64,000 nt of DNA from an uncultured Desulfospira sp. (GCA_963663165.1 OY760175.1:5760001-5824000); one strand, 5' to 3'. Positions 10,169 through 20,237 are shown, counted from the first letter of the stretch. A program made the numbers and translations. Notes: generated from the letters alone by a model not told the origin.

Positions 10169-10959
10169 GAGGGCAGCCCGTCAATGGCGTTGTGAAGGGT
10201 ATCGCACATCTGTTCAAAGGCGCTGGTTTTAACGGCCGTCCTGTTTTTGGCCAGGGCTTTGGCCAGGGGATTGTCAAACAGGGTTCCCTGCCGGTTGATC
10301 CCGGTTTTAAGGACAAGAATTTTTGATCCCATGATCACCGCTTCCTCGATGTCATGGGTGACGGTGATGCTGGTTCGTAAAGTCTGCTGGTGGAGGTGGC
10401 TCATGACCTGCCGGAGTTCTTTGCGGATGGGGGCATCCAGAGCGGAAAACGGCTCATCCATGAGCAGCAGGTCCGGCTCAAGCACCAGGGTGCGGACTAT
10501 GGCGGCACGCTGGCGCTGTCCCCGGGACAACTGGCCCGGATATTTGCCACTGAACTCTTTGATTCCGAGACGTCCCAGCCAGTGATTGACCTGTTCGGTT
10601 TCCTTTTTCCGGTCAGATAAGCTTTCTTTAGGGGTGTGAATGCCATCAGGGCCGTAAAAGGACCGGATTTTAAACCCAAGCATGCTGTTGTCAAACACCG
10701 TGGCCCAGGGCAGAAGGCCATGGTCCTGGAGTACCAGGCCGGTCCGCGGCCTGGGCCGGGTCACCTGTGTTCCTTTGATCAGGATCTGTCCTTTTTCAGG
10801 CTGAAACAATCCTGCAATCAGGTATAACAAGGTGGTTTTCCCGCAGCCCGAAGGCCCGATAACGGTCCAGGATTCTCCGGGTTCAATGTCCAGGTTAAAC
10901 CCGCTGAAAACCCGGCTTCCTCCGGGGTAGGTATATGTCAGATCCTTGATGTTGATCAT
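10165..10959 (-). CDS. ABC transporter ATP-binding protein, NitT/TauT type (likely start 10959; ORF is open to 11070)
   Basis: Walker A GPSGCGKTT, signature LSRGQRQR, Walker B LLMDEPFSALD, H-loop VTHDIEEA. Confidence 0.92.
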   Translation of the reverse strand: MINIKDLTYTYPGGSRVFSGFNLDIEPGESWTVIGPSGCGKTTLLYLIAGLFQPEKGQILIKGTQVTRPRPRTGLVLQDHGLLPWATVFDNSMLGFKIRSFYGPDGIHTPKESLSDRKKETEQVNHWLGRLGIKEFSGKYPGQLSRGQRQRAAIVRTLVLEPDLLLMDEPFSALDAPIRKELRQVMSHLHQQTLRTSITVTHDIEEAVIMGSKILVLKTGINRQGTLFDNPLAKALAKNRTAVKTSAFEQMCDTLHNAIDGLPS

Positions 10960-11050
10960 TGGCCGGATGGTTTTTCCCCTTTTGTTGTGGACCTGTTCCC
11001 GGGCTGGATAATCAAAGACAGTCCGGTTTCTGCCCTTCAGGGGATGACTG

Positions 11051-12016
11051 TTATTCCCGGAGAAAAGCATCGGTTACAGATGCGGCATAGTCAAGCTTTT
11101 TGTCTATCATTTTTTTGTCTATCATCCAGGCAATGACATCATCCCACTGGGCTTTGTCCGGCACTTCATTCACCGGATAGGCGGGGATTTTAAAGGATTG
11201 TCTGACATTGCCCGGCACCCGGATTTTTTTGAGCATCAAGGAACGATATAGTTCCGGATCAGCGTTGAGATCCCGGGCGGCCCGCATCCAGGCCCGGATA
11301 AACAAGGACAGGGCCTTTGGTTTATCCGCCAGGGACTGTTTGCTGAAGGTGAGTACGGATACACTTTTATCCGGCATATCTATATCACCCGCCAGTACAG
11401 TGGCGCCTTCTTTTACGGCACTTTCCGCCAGGGGGTCCGGCAAAGTGGCCGCTTTGATCCGGCCGGTTAACAGAAGCTGCAGCCGTTCGGGCAGAACCGG
11501 TACGGAGCTGGTGCTGATCTGGCCGGGATCAAATCCCGATTTTTCCAGAAGCCGGTCCGTGATATATTCAATAATGGTGTTTTTGGACACGGCAATATCC
11601 ACCCCTCTGAGCTGATCCACAGCGGTCAACCCTGCTTTGGGGGCGCCCAATATCCTGAACAGGGATTGGGAAATAGGGCGTCTTGCCGATGCCACCACAA
11701 CGGTTTTGATCCCTTTCCGGTTAAAACTGGCCGTTCCTGAAAGTTCGTTGAGCATACCATCCACCCGCCCGGCCTGCATGAGCTGATCCCGTTCAAGGCC
11801 GCTTCCCACAGGCAGCATTTCAACACGGATACCGGATTGCTCAAAGTATCCGTTATGTTCAGCCACAAAAGCGGGAAGCACATCCGGAACGGAAAGCAGG
11901 GCCATTCGAAGGGTATTGGACCGGCTGCCGGTGTCCGAAAATGAAGGCAGAGCAAAAACAAAGATTAACAGGACAGTTAAAACAATTTGAACCATGGTGA
12001 GGTTAGGTTTTCTCAT
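11051..12016 (-). CDS. ABC transporter substrate-binding protein, SsuA/THI5-like
   Basis: Signal peptide, PAFVAEHNGYFEQSGI.VE and AATLPDPL motifs; same operon as the permease and ATPase. Confidence 0.88.
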   Translation of the reverse strand: MRKPNLTMVQIVLTVLLIFVFALPSFSDTGSRSNTLRMALLSVPDVLPAFVAEHNGYFEQSGIRVEMLPVGSGLERDQLMQAGRVDGMLNELSGTASFNRKGIKTVVVASARRPISQSLFRILGAPKAGLTAVDQLRGVDIAVSKNTIIEYITDRLLEKSGFDPGQISTSSVPVLPERLQLLLTGRIKAATLPDPLAESAVKEGATVLAGDIDMPDKSVSVLTFSKQSLADKPKALSLFIRAWMRAARDLNADPELYRSLMLKKIRVPGNVRQSFKIPAYPVNEVPDKAQWDDVIAWMIDKKMIDKKLDYAASVTDAFLRE

Positions 12017-12072
12017 TAGATCACCCTTAAATAGTTGTGGACAAGATTCCGCCGTAATGGAAAGTCCGGGGA

Positions 12073-12876
12073 TTACGCCCCGTGTTTCCGGGCGATTTTT
12101 TCAAACATCAGTGCAATGCCCTCATTGAGGGTATAGTTGGATTCGATATCAAGGTTGTCATCGGACACGGCATCAAAATAGATGTGAAGACTGGATTCAA
12201 GGCCGTCTTCAGGTTTCCAGTAGCAGACCATGAGGGGAAAATGGGGCAGGGGATACAGCACAATGGAGATATCCGAATCAATGGGGCCGTCAATCTGTTT
12301 TCCGTCAAAAATTTCCAGCATATCCGTGAACAGGCCGGTATAGGTGTCGGCCACGCGTTTGAGCGGTTTCTCACACCGCTGCTCAAAATGGGCATACCGT
12401 TCAGGCCCGCCGGAAAGTTCCCGGAAGGTGACCCAGTTGCCCTGGGGGACTTTTCCCGCCCCGTTCAAAATATAGGTTAAGGCCGGCACTACCATGTAGG
12501 CGTTGAGGTGGACTTCGCTGGCCAGGTTCCCTTTGGCATCAACGCTGAAATCCTTGCCAAAGACCTTGATGGTCAGCTTGTTGTCGGAAAACCGGGCCCC
12601 TAAGCGCTGGGCCGCCTCGGAAAGATTGATCAAAGGGATCTGCTGTTTTAAGGATTCAATGGCCTTGGCCTTATTCTCATCAATGGTATCGGGTTTTTCA
12701 ACGGCCCCCCCATACCGTTCAATCACCTCCCGGGGCAGATGGGGGCAGGCATGGATGGGCTTTCTCTCTTTAAAAACGGCCACGGCAAACGCCAGGCAGG
12801 TCTGTTCATTGCAGTCCCTGCAATTGGAGCCGTTCAACAGCTTGAAAATTTCCATTGGGTTATTGATCTGTGACAT
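12073..12876 (-). CDS. Fe-S cluster domain plus DUF3786 protein
   Basis: N-terminal NCRDCNEQTCLAFA...CP (FeS domain as in AcsC/RnfB), followed by a DUF3786-like region (WVTFRELSGG, PLP.FPL..CYW..ED). Confidence 0.8.
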   Translation of the reverse strand: MSQINNPMEIFKLLNGSNCRDCNEQTCLAFAVAVFKERKPIHACPHLPREVIERYGGAVEKPDTIDENKAKAIESLKQQIPLINLSEAAQRLGARFSDNKLTIKVFGKDFSVDAKGNLASEVHLNAYMVVPALTYILNGAGKVPQGNWVTFRELSGGPERYAHFEQRCEKPLKRVADTYTGLFTDMLEIFDGKQIDGPIDSDISIVLYPLPHFPLMVCYWKPEDGLESSLHIYFDAVSDDNLDIESNYTLNEGIALMFEKIARKHGA

Positions 12877-13194
12877 TGAAGCAAACCATTCCTTTTTCTA
12901 TCATTTTTACCGGGTAGCACTGTCCGCCGATTCAATATCAATTTTTAATGGCCAATGCAACCGCCCGGCAGGGAGATTTCAGGCAGCTTGCTTAAAGCTT
13001 AAACTTACCGTTCAACCCGTTGCTCTTTTGACAAAAGGGCACAAACCCAGGACACTGCGGTGGGCTAAAAATCCTGAATCTGAACGGGTATAGGTATAAA
13101 CGCCTTTTTTTTGAGGTCCCATCAGAATCAGGAGTTTAATATATTAAATTTAATCTTGCATTTCCCTGCCAGGGATGTTTAATCTCCAAAAAAT

Positions 13195-13280
13195 TGGACT
13201 TGGGACTTGGGATATGGGACTTGGGGATTGCGGCATCCACGGCCTCCCCAAGTCCCATATCCCATATCCCAAGTCTCAAC
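13195..13280. repeat. GGGACTT/GGGATAT heptamer inverted-arm element, copy 1
   Basis: ggacttgggacttgggatatgggacttggggattgcggcatccacggcctccccaagtcccatatcccatatcccaagtc. Near-identical to 18620-18698; a further right arm lies at 18970-19000. Confidence 0.88.
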
Positions 13281-13380
13281 AATATACATTATTTTCCTTA
13301 CTGCTCGAAGATCCACCAAAATCAATTTTATAGAACATAAAATTGACCAAGGATCGGGGGAGCATCCGAATTTGTTATGT

Positions 13381-14517
13381 TTATTGTTGAAGACTATAAA
13401 TCTTCAGAAATTTTGAATTAACAGCCCCTTTGTTTATACAGACTACGTAATTGATACAAATCGAAAAGGTAATGGGCCAATATAATTTTAAAACATTGTT
13501 TAAAAAATAAAAAATTATTGAAACTAGAATTAAACTTAAAAAAGTCTGTACATATTTTGAATCGTCTTGATTGAAAGGGACTTCATCAATCATGGCCAGG
13601 CCGGTATAACAGATTGATCCCATAATTAAATTCCAGGCGGGAGAAATTATAAATAAATAATTCTGATTTTCAAAAACGTAAAAGCCGCTTTTGAATCCAA
13701 TAAAACTTAAAACTGTAAGCCCAAATATTTTCATGCAGAATACAGAAAAAGCATCTTTATTAGAATTGATTAGAAGATGGGTAAAGGAAGTAACCACTCC
13801 CAAAATTATAATCACTGAGGCGCCTAATATTAAACAACCATTTGTTATTGATTGAGAACTGGAATGATGGGCAGTTGGTGTAAAAAACGCTATAGCCTCT
13901 TTCCGGCACTCCGGATTGAAGAGGATCAAAAGAAAAAGTACGTATCCAAGTAAAAAAACAGATAATTCGCTGAAATCAGGATACAGGGATTTATAAAACT
14001 TCTCATAACTTGATATAGCTTTAGAGGCCTTATTGGCTATAACTGTTTTCCGGGGGGTGTTTTCAGGTCTGGCAAAATAATCTTTTTGATCCTCCATTTT
14101 GGTACTGCATTTTGGACATAGCCGGTCTGATGAGGCACAAATGGTTTGTTTTTTTAAACATGACGGACAAATTACGTTTAGCGGGGTACATTCTTCGGGT
14201 ACTATCTTGTTTGATGACCACTTTTGAACATTTTGGATAAGAATGTACATGAAGAAAAAATATAAGCCCAAACCAAAGAACAAAACGGAGCATCCTGCAT
14301 AAAAATAAACAGTGGTCATGGCATCCGGCCCGTGAATTTCAACAGAACCCGATTTTTGGGGAACGGTAATATAGCCTTTGTTCTCATAGGATCGGTAACT
14401 TGTAAAAGCCATGATCATTAAAACGAAACTGATGATAAATAACCAAAAAATGGTAGTTCTTGCAGATTTCTGTGAATTGAAATAAAAACGCGGCTTTTTA
14501 ATTGGTTTTGTATTCAT
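13381..14517 (-). CDS. AT-rich hypothetical membrane protein with a CxxC-x11-CxxC zinc ribbon
   Basis: 378 aa ORF with many TM segments and CPSC...CPKC. Markedly AT-rich relative to its neighbours. Confidence 0.75.
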   Translation of the reverse strand: MNTKPIKKPRFYFNSQKSARTTIFWLFIISFVLMIMAFTSYRSYENKGYITVPQKSGSVEIHGPDAMTTVYFYAGCSVLFFGLGLYFFFMYILIQNVQKWSSNKIVPEECTPLNVICPSCLKKQTICASSDRLCPKCSTKMEDQKDYFARPENTPRKTVIANKASKAISSYEKFYKSLYPDFSELSVFLLGYVLFLLILFNPECRKEAIAFFTPTAHHSSSQSITNGCLILGASVIIILGVVTSFTHLLINSNKDAFSVFCMKIFGLTVLSFIGFKSGFYVFENQNYLFIISPAWNLIMGSICYTGLAMIDEVPFNQDDSKYVQTFLSLILVSIIFYFLNNVLKLYWPITFSICINYVVCINKGAVNSKFLKIYSLQQ

Positions 14518-14742
14518 CTGAATTGTAGTTCAGGAACATAACGTTTGAGCCAACCAGCCGTCTAAAAATTGCCTTCTCTGATTTCGCCAAAGGTCTGGAT
14601 TCCGATGGGCAATTTTTTTATGACACAATCTGATCCCCTGACATTTCATGGCCTTTTGGCTTCATAAAGGTATCATAATGTCAGGGGAATGCAACTTTTT
14701 TTTGCAACACAGCATAAGGGTGGCTTTTTGTCCAAACACCCG

Positions 14743-16116
14743 TTAAATTTTGGGGACCGGGAACCCTTCAAGGCTCAATTTTCTGGACTCTTCCACATCC
14801 TGGGCAGACAGGGCAATGTTCTGTAATTCTCCTGCCATGAATTTCTCATAGCCGGCCAGATCCATGAGGCCGTGGCCCGACAAGTTGAAAATAATGGTTT
14901 TTTCTTTGCCCTCTTCTTTGGCCTGATTGGCCGACCGGATGGCGCAGGCCACGGCATGGCAGGTTTCAGGGGCCACCACCAGGCCTTCTGTCCTTGCAAA
15001 CAAGAGGCCTGCCTCGTAGCATTCCAGCTGCTTGACAGCCATGGGGGCCATTAAGCCTGCTTCAACGGCATGGGACACCAGGGGGGCCATGCCATGGTAT
15101 CTCAAGCCCCCGGCATGGATGGGGGCCGGGATAAACTTATGCCCCAAAGAATGCATGGGCAGCATGGGGGTCATTCTGGCCACATCACCATGGTCATAGG
15201 AAAAGGGGGTGGCGGTAAGGGTAGGGCAGGACGCGGGTTCCACGGGAATGATTTCAATATCGGCACCGTTGATTTTGTCCAGGACAAAGGGAAAGGAAAG
15301 CCCGGCAAAGTTGGAGCCGCCGCCGGCGCATCCGATCACCGTGTCCACCTTTTTAATGCCGGCTTTGTCCAGCTGTTTTTTGGCCTCAAGGCCGATAATG
15401 GTCTGGTGGAGCATGACGTGGTTGAGAACAGAACCTAAAGAATACCGGGTCTGGCCGGTTTCATCCGCTACGGCCGCTTCAATGGCCTCTGATATGGCAA
15501 TGCCAAGGGAGCCTGGCGTGTCGGGCATGGTTTCGAGAATCTCCCGGCCTACCCGGGTTTCAGGTGAGGGGCTTGGGATGCATTCCCCGCCCCAGGTCTG
15601 CATGAGAACCTTTCTGAAGGGCTTCTGATCAAAGCTGATCCGGACCATGAACACCTTACATTCCATGCCCAGAAGGGCGCAGGAGTAAGATAAGGCTGAT
15701 CCCCACTGGCCGGCCCCGGTTTCCGTGGTCAGCCGCTTAATGCCGAACTCCTTATTGTACCAGGCCTGGGCCACGGCGGTGTTGGGCTTGTGGCTGCCGG
15801 CAGGGGAAACACTTTCATTTTTATAGAAAATTTTGGCCGGGGTGTTCAGGGCCTTTTCCAGATGAAGGGCCCGGTGCGACGGGGAGGGCCGCCACCGGTA
15901 CAGCAGGTCCAGGACCCCTTCAGGAATATCGATCCACCGGTTTTGGGACATCTCCTGTTCGATCAGGTTCATGGGGAAAACTGCGGCCAGCATATCCGGG
16001 CTGATGGGCTTGCCGTCCTGGCCAAGTGGCGGATTAATGGTGCCGGGCAGATCAGCCGCAAGGTTATACCACTGGCGGGGGATTTCGTCTTCACTTAAAA
16101 AAATCTTGTTCTGCAT
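14743..16116 (-). CDS. trpB2: Tryptophan synthase beta-2 (TrpB-like PLP enzyme)
   Basis: [11 protein letters not shown] (PLP lysine), [35 protein letters not shown], and the N-terminal extension IPRQWYN typical of TrpB2. Confidence 0.93.
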   Translation of the reverse strand: MQNKIFLSEDEIPRQWYNLAADLPGTINPPLGQDGKPISPDMLAAVFPMNLIEQEMSQNRWIDIPEGVLDLLYRWRPSPSHRALHLEKALNTPAKIFYKNESVSPAGSHKPNTAVAQAWYNKEFGIKRLTTETGAGQWGSALSYSCALLGMECKVFMVRISFDQKPFRKVLMQTWGGECIPSPSPETRVGREILETMPDTPGSLGIAISEAIEAAVADETGQTRYSLGSVLNHVMLHQTIIGLEAKKQLDKAGIKKVDTVIGCAGGGSNFAGLSFPFVLDKINGADIEIIPVEPASCPTLTATPFSYDHGDVARMTPMLPMHSLGHKFIPAPIHAGGLRYHGMAPLVSHAVEAGLMAPMAVKQLECYEAGLLFARTEGLVVAPETCHAVACAIRSANQAKEEGKEKTIIFNLSGHGLMDLAGYEKFMAGELQNIALSAQDVEESRKLSLEGFPVPKI

Positions 16117-16350
16117 CGTATTCAGCCCTCCTCCAGGCTTAAAATGATAAACATTACTTTGGCGTGCAAGTTTGTTCCTTTGTATAGAAACAAGCTACCA
16201 GTTTCTATATGGAGAAACAGATTTTGTCAAGACAGTTCTTGAAAAGTCATTTTAATTGTCATAAGCTTTAAAAGTTATGCTAACAAAAATCGAATAAAAA
16301 AGGGGTATGATATAAAGCAGGGATTTGCAAAAATTGCAACGGAGGCTTTA

Positions 16351-17061
16351 ATGAATCAACCACTAAAACAGGGCCTGTTTTTTATATTGGCTGCGGTGTT
16401 TATATGGGTTTCGTATGGTAATGCGGGACAGGATATTTATTGGGGCATGGGATATCAAAACCGGGATGGCCTTTCCCTCGAAATTTTAATTGATGAGCCC
16501 TTTGTCCGGCAGGGGGATTGTTCAATCCGGGATTCTGCCGATATTGAAAGCTTAAAGGGCATTACAAGGATTGCCGGCAGCCTGCTGGTCTGTGATTCAA
16601 ATCTGACCGATTTAAAAGGCCTTGAAAGCCTGGAACGTATAGACGGCGACCTGTGGATCGAAAACAACTCCTATCTGGCCAGCCTTGAAGGGCTGGACAG
16701 CCTGACCTTTGTAAAGCACCTGTATATTTTTGATAACGCTATTTTGCCTGACCTGTCCGGATTGGATGAACTCAAAACCGTTTCAGGCGTCGTCTCTATT
16801 GAGAACAACGCTTCCCTGACCAGCCTGTCCGGTTTGGACAGCCTTGTTTCAGCCGGCTATCTCGGGGTTGTAAGGAACAACGCTCTCAACAGCCTGTTTA
16901 TGGACAGCCTCTGCCATGTATCCGACCTTTTCCTGATAAGGGCCAATGCAAATCTATGCACCCCCCTTGCCCACGACCTGAAAGACCAGGTCCTGAACTG
17001 CCCCGACGGCGGGATTGACGGCGGCATTCTGATTGATGGTAATTTGGAGTGTGGGGATTAG
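16351..17061 (+). CDS. Secreted receptor L-domain/leucine-rich repeat protein
   Basis: Signal peptide and repeats of LxxLxGLxxLxxV.G.L.I.NN. Confidence 0.8.
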   Translation: MNQPLKQGLFFILAAVFIWVSYGNAGQDIYWGMGYQNRDGLSLEILIDEPFVRQGDCSIRDSADIESLKGITRIAGSLLVCDSNLTDLKGLESLERIDGDLWIENNSYLASLEGLDSLTFVKHLYIFDNAILPDLSGLDELKTVSGVVSIENNASLTSLSGLDSLVSAGYLGVVRNNALNSLFMDSLCHVSDLFLIRANANLCTPLAHDLKDQVLNCPDGGIDGGILIDGNLECGD

Positions 17062-17296
17062 CGGGCGTGTGGGAAAGTGGGCAGGTGGGAAAGTGAGAAA
17101 GTGAGAAAGTGGGAAAGTGAGCGGGTGAGAACGTTGGTTGGTGAGAAAGCGGATAGTTCAGTCGATGAATGAAGTAAAAAAGAAGGCGCAGCCTTCTTTT
17201 TTTTATTGTCCGGCATTCTTGCAGGGTTGAAAATCGTGCGACAACCATGATGTCTCGCACTCTCACCTGCCCACTTTCTCACTTTCCCACCTGCTC
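17061..17296. repeat. Octamer arrays in inverted orientation (17061-17148 and 17259-17296) flanking a terminator
   Basis: gtgggaaa/gtgagaaa/gtgggcag units on the + strand, with the reverse complement ctcacctgcccactttctcactttcccacctgctc downstream. Confidence 0.85.
17176..17204. terminator. Bidirectional intrinsic terminator
   Basis: aaaaaagaaggc-gca-gccttctttttttt between convergent genes. Confidence 0.75.
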
Positions 17297-17303
17297 TGTT
17301 TTA

Positions 17304-18440
17304 CTATCGCAGTCGCTCAACAGCCGCTACCACCACGCCAACGGCCCGGTCAATGTCATCGGAAGTGGTCATCCGTCCCGTGGAAAAGCGGACAGTTCCC
17401 TTGGCCCAGTCCACCGGAACCTTCATGGCCTCAAGCACATGGGACAGGGTGACGGTATCGGAATGGCAGGCGGCACCGGCTGAGGCCGCCACGTCCAGGC
17501 CGATCTCTTCTAGGATTCGGTTGGCTTCAAGTCCCTTGAATGACAGGCTTAAGGTGTTGGGCAGGCGGTCTTCAGGGTGTCCATTAAGCCGGATATCGTT
17601 CAGTTGGTCTGTCAGTTTCTGGTGCAGACGGTCCCTCATGGTTTTCAGGTGGGTCTGGATCTGATCCTGGTTTTGGGAGGCGATTTCGCAGGCCTTTCCC
17701 AACCCCACGATCCAGGGCACATTTTCCGTTCCGGCCCGCCATCCCATTTCCTGGCCAGCACCGTGGCAGAATTTTTCAGGCAGGATTCCGTTTTTAACAA
17801 ATAAAGCGCCAATGCCTTTGGGGGCATAGAGCTTGTGCCCGGCGATACTGAGCAGGTCAACGCCCAGGGCCTGAACATCGGTGGGAATTTTGCCCATGCT
17901 CTGGGCGGCATCGGTGTGCATGAGGATCCCGTGCTGCCGGGCCAGGGCAGAAATCTGGGGAATTGGCTGGATGGTGCCGACCTCGTTGTTGGCGTGCATG
18001 ACGGATATCAGGATGGTATCCGGCCGGATGGCTGCGCTGATGGCGTCCGGGCTCACCTTGCCGGTGTCATCCACATCCACGTAAGTGGTTTCAAATCCTT
18101 CGGTTTCAAGGTGCCTGCAGACTTCCAGCACGGCCGGGTGTTCCACGGTGGTGGTGATGATGTGCCGGCCCTTGTCCTTTAGTGCCCTTGCCGTACCTTT
18201 AATGGCATGGTTGTTGGATTCGGTTCCCCCGGAGGTGAAAAAGACCTCGTCGGCCCGGCAGTTCAGGAGTCCGGCCACTTGAAGACGGGCGGCCTCCACC
18301 GCCTTTTTGGGCTTGATACCGTACCAGTGGGAACTGGACGGGTTGCCGAATTCGGTTTCAATAAACGGCCCCATGGCCTCAATCACTTCAAGGGCATGGG
18401 GGGTGGTCCCGTTGTAGTCCAGATATACAGGGTGTGCCAT
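17304..18440 (-). CDS. Cysteine desulfurase, IscS/NifS family
   Basis: YLDYNGTTP, FGNPSS, FTSGGTESNN, HTDAAQ, AGHKLYAPKG, RAGTEN and catalytic SAGAACHS. Confidence 0.93.
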   Translation of the reverse strand: MAHPVYLDYNGTTPHALEVIEAMGPFIETEFGNPSSSHWYGIKPKKAVEAARLQVAGLLNCRADEVFFTSGGTESNNHAIKGTARALKDKGRHIITTTVEHPAVLEVCRHLETEGFETTYVDVDDTGKVSPDAISAAIRPDTILISVMHANNEVGTIQPIPQISALARQHGILMHTDAAQSMGKIPTDVQALGVDLLSIAGHKLYAPKGIGALFVKNGILPEKFCHGAGQEMGWRAGTENVPWIVGLGKACEIASQNQDQIQTHLKTMRDRLHQKLTDQLNDIRLNGHPEDRLPNTLSLSFKGLEANRILEEIGLDVAASAGAACHSDTVTLSHVLEAMKVPVDWAKGTVRFSTGRMTTSDDIDRAVGVVVAAVERLR

Positions 18441-18619
18441 GGCGGATGGTCCTTTCCGGCTTAAAGGGGCGTATTCAATTGGGCCCCTTAAAAAAAATGC
18501 CGTGTTGAAGTGGTTTCTTTTCTTTTTCTATCTATCAGACTATCGCCCAAAGATCCATGCTGTTGCCCTGTATGTACGGGATAACTGCATTATAATAATA
18601 CGCTTAATTTTTAATATAA

Positions 18620-19010
18620 TGGACTTGGGACTTGGGATATGGGACTTGGGGATTGCAGTATCCACGGCCTACCCAAGTCCCATATCCCGAGTCTCAAGCC
18701 GGTAGTTAGCGTGGGCCCGTTTGGTTTATCCCTCAAAAACAACATGGTATACGGACAATGGTGGACAAGGATAGGCTTTTTCCCACCGAACTTTCCTTTC
18801 AAAAAAACTCTCGCCAAGACGCAAAGGCGCAAAGCCTAAATTCCCTTGGGCAATGGTATTCTTTGCGCCTTAGCGCCTTTGCGTGAAAATATAAAAAAGA
18901 GGGCGAAGCCCTCGATTTTAGCATCACAGGGCAAAGAGAAACGCATTCCATATATTGAGAAACCCTTGCTACCCCAAGTCCCATATCCCAAGTCCCCATT
19001 TTATACATTA
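18620..19010. repeat. Nested repeat cluster: GGGACTT element, CGCAAAG element (18810-18887) and an extra GGGACTT right arm
   Basis: Heptamer arms and gacgcaaaggcgcaaag...ctttgcgccttagcgcctttgcgtga are read directly from the sequence. Confidence 0.8.
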
Positions 19011-19274
19011 TAAAAAATTACAAAACGGTATCCCAATAACATACCGGTTTATAATGCGTTTACCCTGAATGTAAGCAGGTGGTTTAAGGTTTGAAAGAAA
19101 CATTTTTGTTGCCAATTACCAATTAAAATTATAATTAGCATATTTTTAAGCAGGGGTGTGGCTAAAAATATTGGATATTTTATATCAAATTTGGTAGCAC
19201 ATCCCCATTGGCGGTATGAATCCGGTAAGCAGAAGTAACATAGTCGAGGGGGGGAACCAGTGGAAGAATTGTCC

Positions 19275-20168
19275 ATGCCCAAAATTAATCTTGAAAAATG
19301 TACGGGCTGCGGGCTGTGTATCCCGGTCTGCCCCCACGATACCCTGGTACTCAAAGAGGGGAAAGCCGTTGTGTCAGGGGACCATTGCATGGCCTGCGGC
19401 CATTGCCGTGCCGCCTGTCCGGCCGGGGCGGTCCTGCTGCCGGAACTCAAAGACAGCATGCAGGCCTTTTCGTCCTTTGCTGTTCAAAAGAAATGGCTGG
19501 CCTCAGGGCCGTTTCCCGTGGCGGACCTGGCACAGCTGATGCTGTCAAGAAGGTCGTGCCGGAACTATCAGAACAAACCGGTTCCAATTGAAATGCTCCA
19601 GGACCTTGTAAAGATGGGGATTGCCGCCCCCTCAGGAACCAACAGCCAGAAATGGACCTTTACCATTTTATCCACAAGACATGATGTGCTGGCCTTGGGA
19701 GACCAGATCGCCGCGTTTTTCAGGCGGACAAACCGGATGGCCGAAAACCACTGGCTCAGAAAGGCGCTAAAGCTTGTGGGCAAAGGAGAGCTGGACAGGT
19801 ATTACACGGAGTATTATGACACCGTTGAATATGCCCTGGACGCCTATGAGAACCAGGGCAAAGACCTTCTGTTTCACGGGGCACCGGCCCTGATCGTCGT
19901 GGGCTGCGAGCCCGGGGCCAGCTGCCCCTCTGAGGATGCGCTGCTGGCGACCGGGAATATTCTGCTGGGCGCCCAGGCCATGGGGCTTGGCACCTGCCTG
20001 ATCGGCTACGCCGTCCGGGCCATGCAAAAAAAACCTGATCTTCAAAGATCGTTAAAAATCCCGCCGGACGAAACCGTTTATGCGGTGATTGCCATCGGGT
20101 TCCCCAATGAAACCTACTCGGGTTTTCCCGGAAGAAAAAAATGCCGGATCCGGCACTTTCAGCCTTAA
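19275..20168 (+). CDS. Nitroreductase with N-terminal 2x[4Fe-4S] ferredoxin domain
   Basis: CTGCGLCIPVCP, CMACGHCRAACP, RRSCRNY, APSGTNSQKW, GLGTCLIG. Alternative GTG start at 19260. Confidence 0.92.
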   Translation: MPKINLEKCTGCGLCIPVCPHDTLVLKEGKAVVSGDHCMACGHCRAACPAGAVLLPELKDSMQAFSSFAVQKKWLASGPFPVADLAQLMLSRRSCRNYQNKPVPIEMLQDLVKMGIAAPSGTNSQKWTFTILSTRHDVLALGDQIAAFFRRTNRMAENHWLRKALKLVGKGELDRYYTEYYDTVEYALDAYENQGKDLLFHGAPALIVVGCEPGASCPSEDALLATGNILLGAQAMGLGTCLIGYAVRAMQKKPDLQRSLKIPPDETVYAVIAIGFPNETYSGFPGRKKCRIRHFQP

Positions 20169-20173
20169 AGAGG

Positions 20174-20237
20174 CTCACGCAAAGGCGCTAAGGCGCAAAG
20201 CTTAATTCTATTGGGCCGTAATTGGCCTTTGCGTGAA
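20174..20237. repeat. CGCAAAGG/CGCTAAGG octamer inverted-arm element, copy 2
   Basis: tcacgcaaaggcgctaaggcgcaaag...cctttgcgtga, 5 bp after the nitroreductase stop. Confidence 0.8.

Noticed and set aside
17304..18440. Selenocysteine or SelD-fusion context for the cysteine desulfurase
   Set aside because: No in-frame TGA, fused domain or sel/isc neighbours are visible.
18810..18840. c-di-GMP-I riboswitch suggested by GACGCAAAG..GCAAAGCC
   Set aside because: No upstream GGCAAACC/GAAA stem. The sequence is part of the CGCAAAGG inverted repeat.
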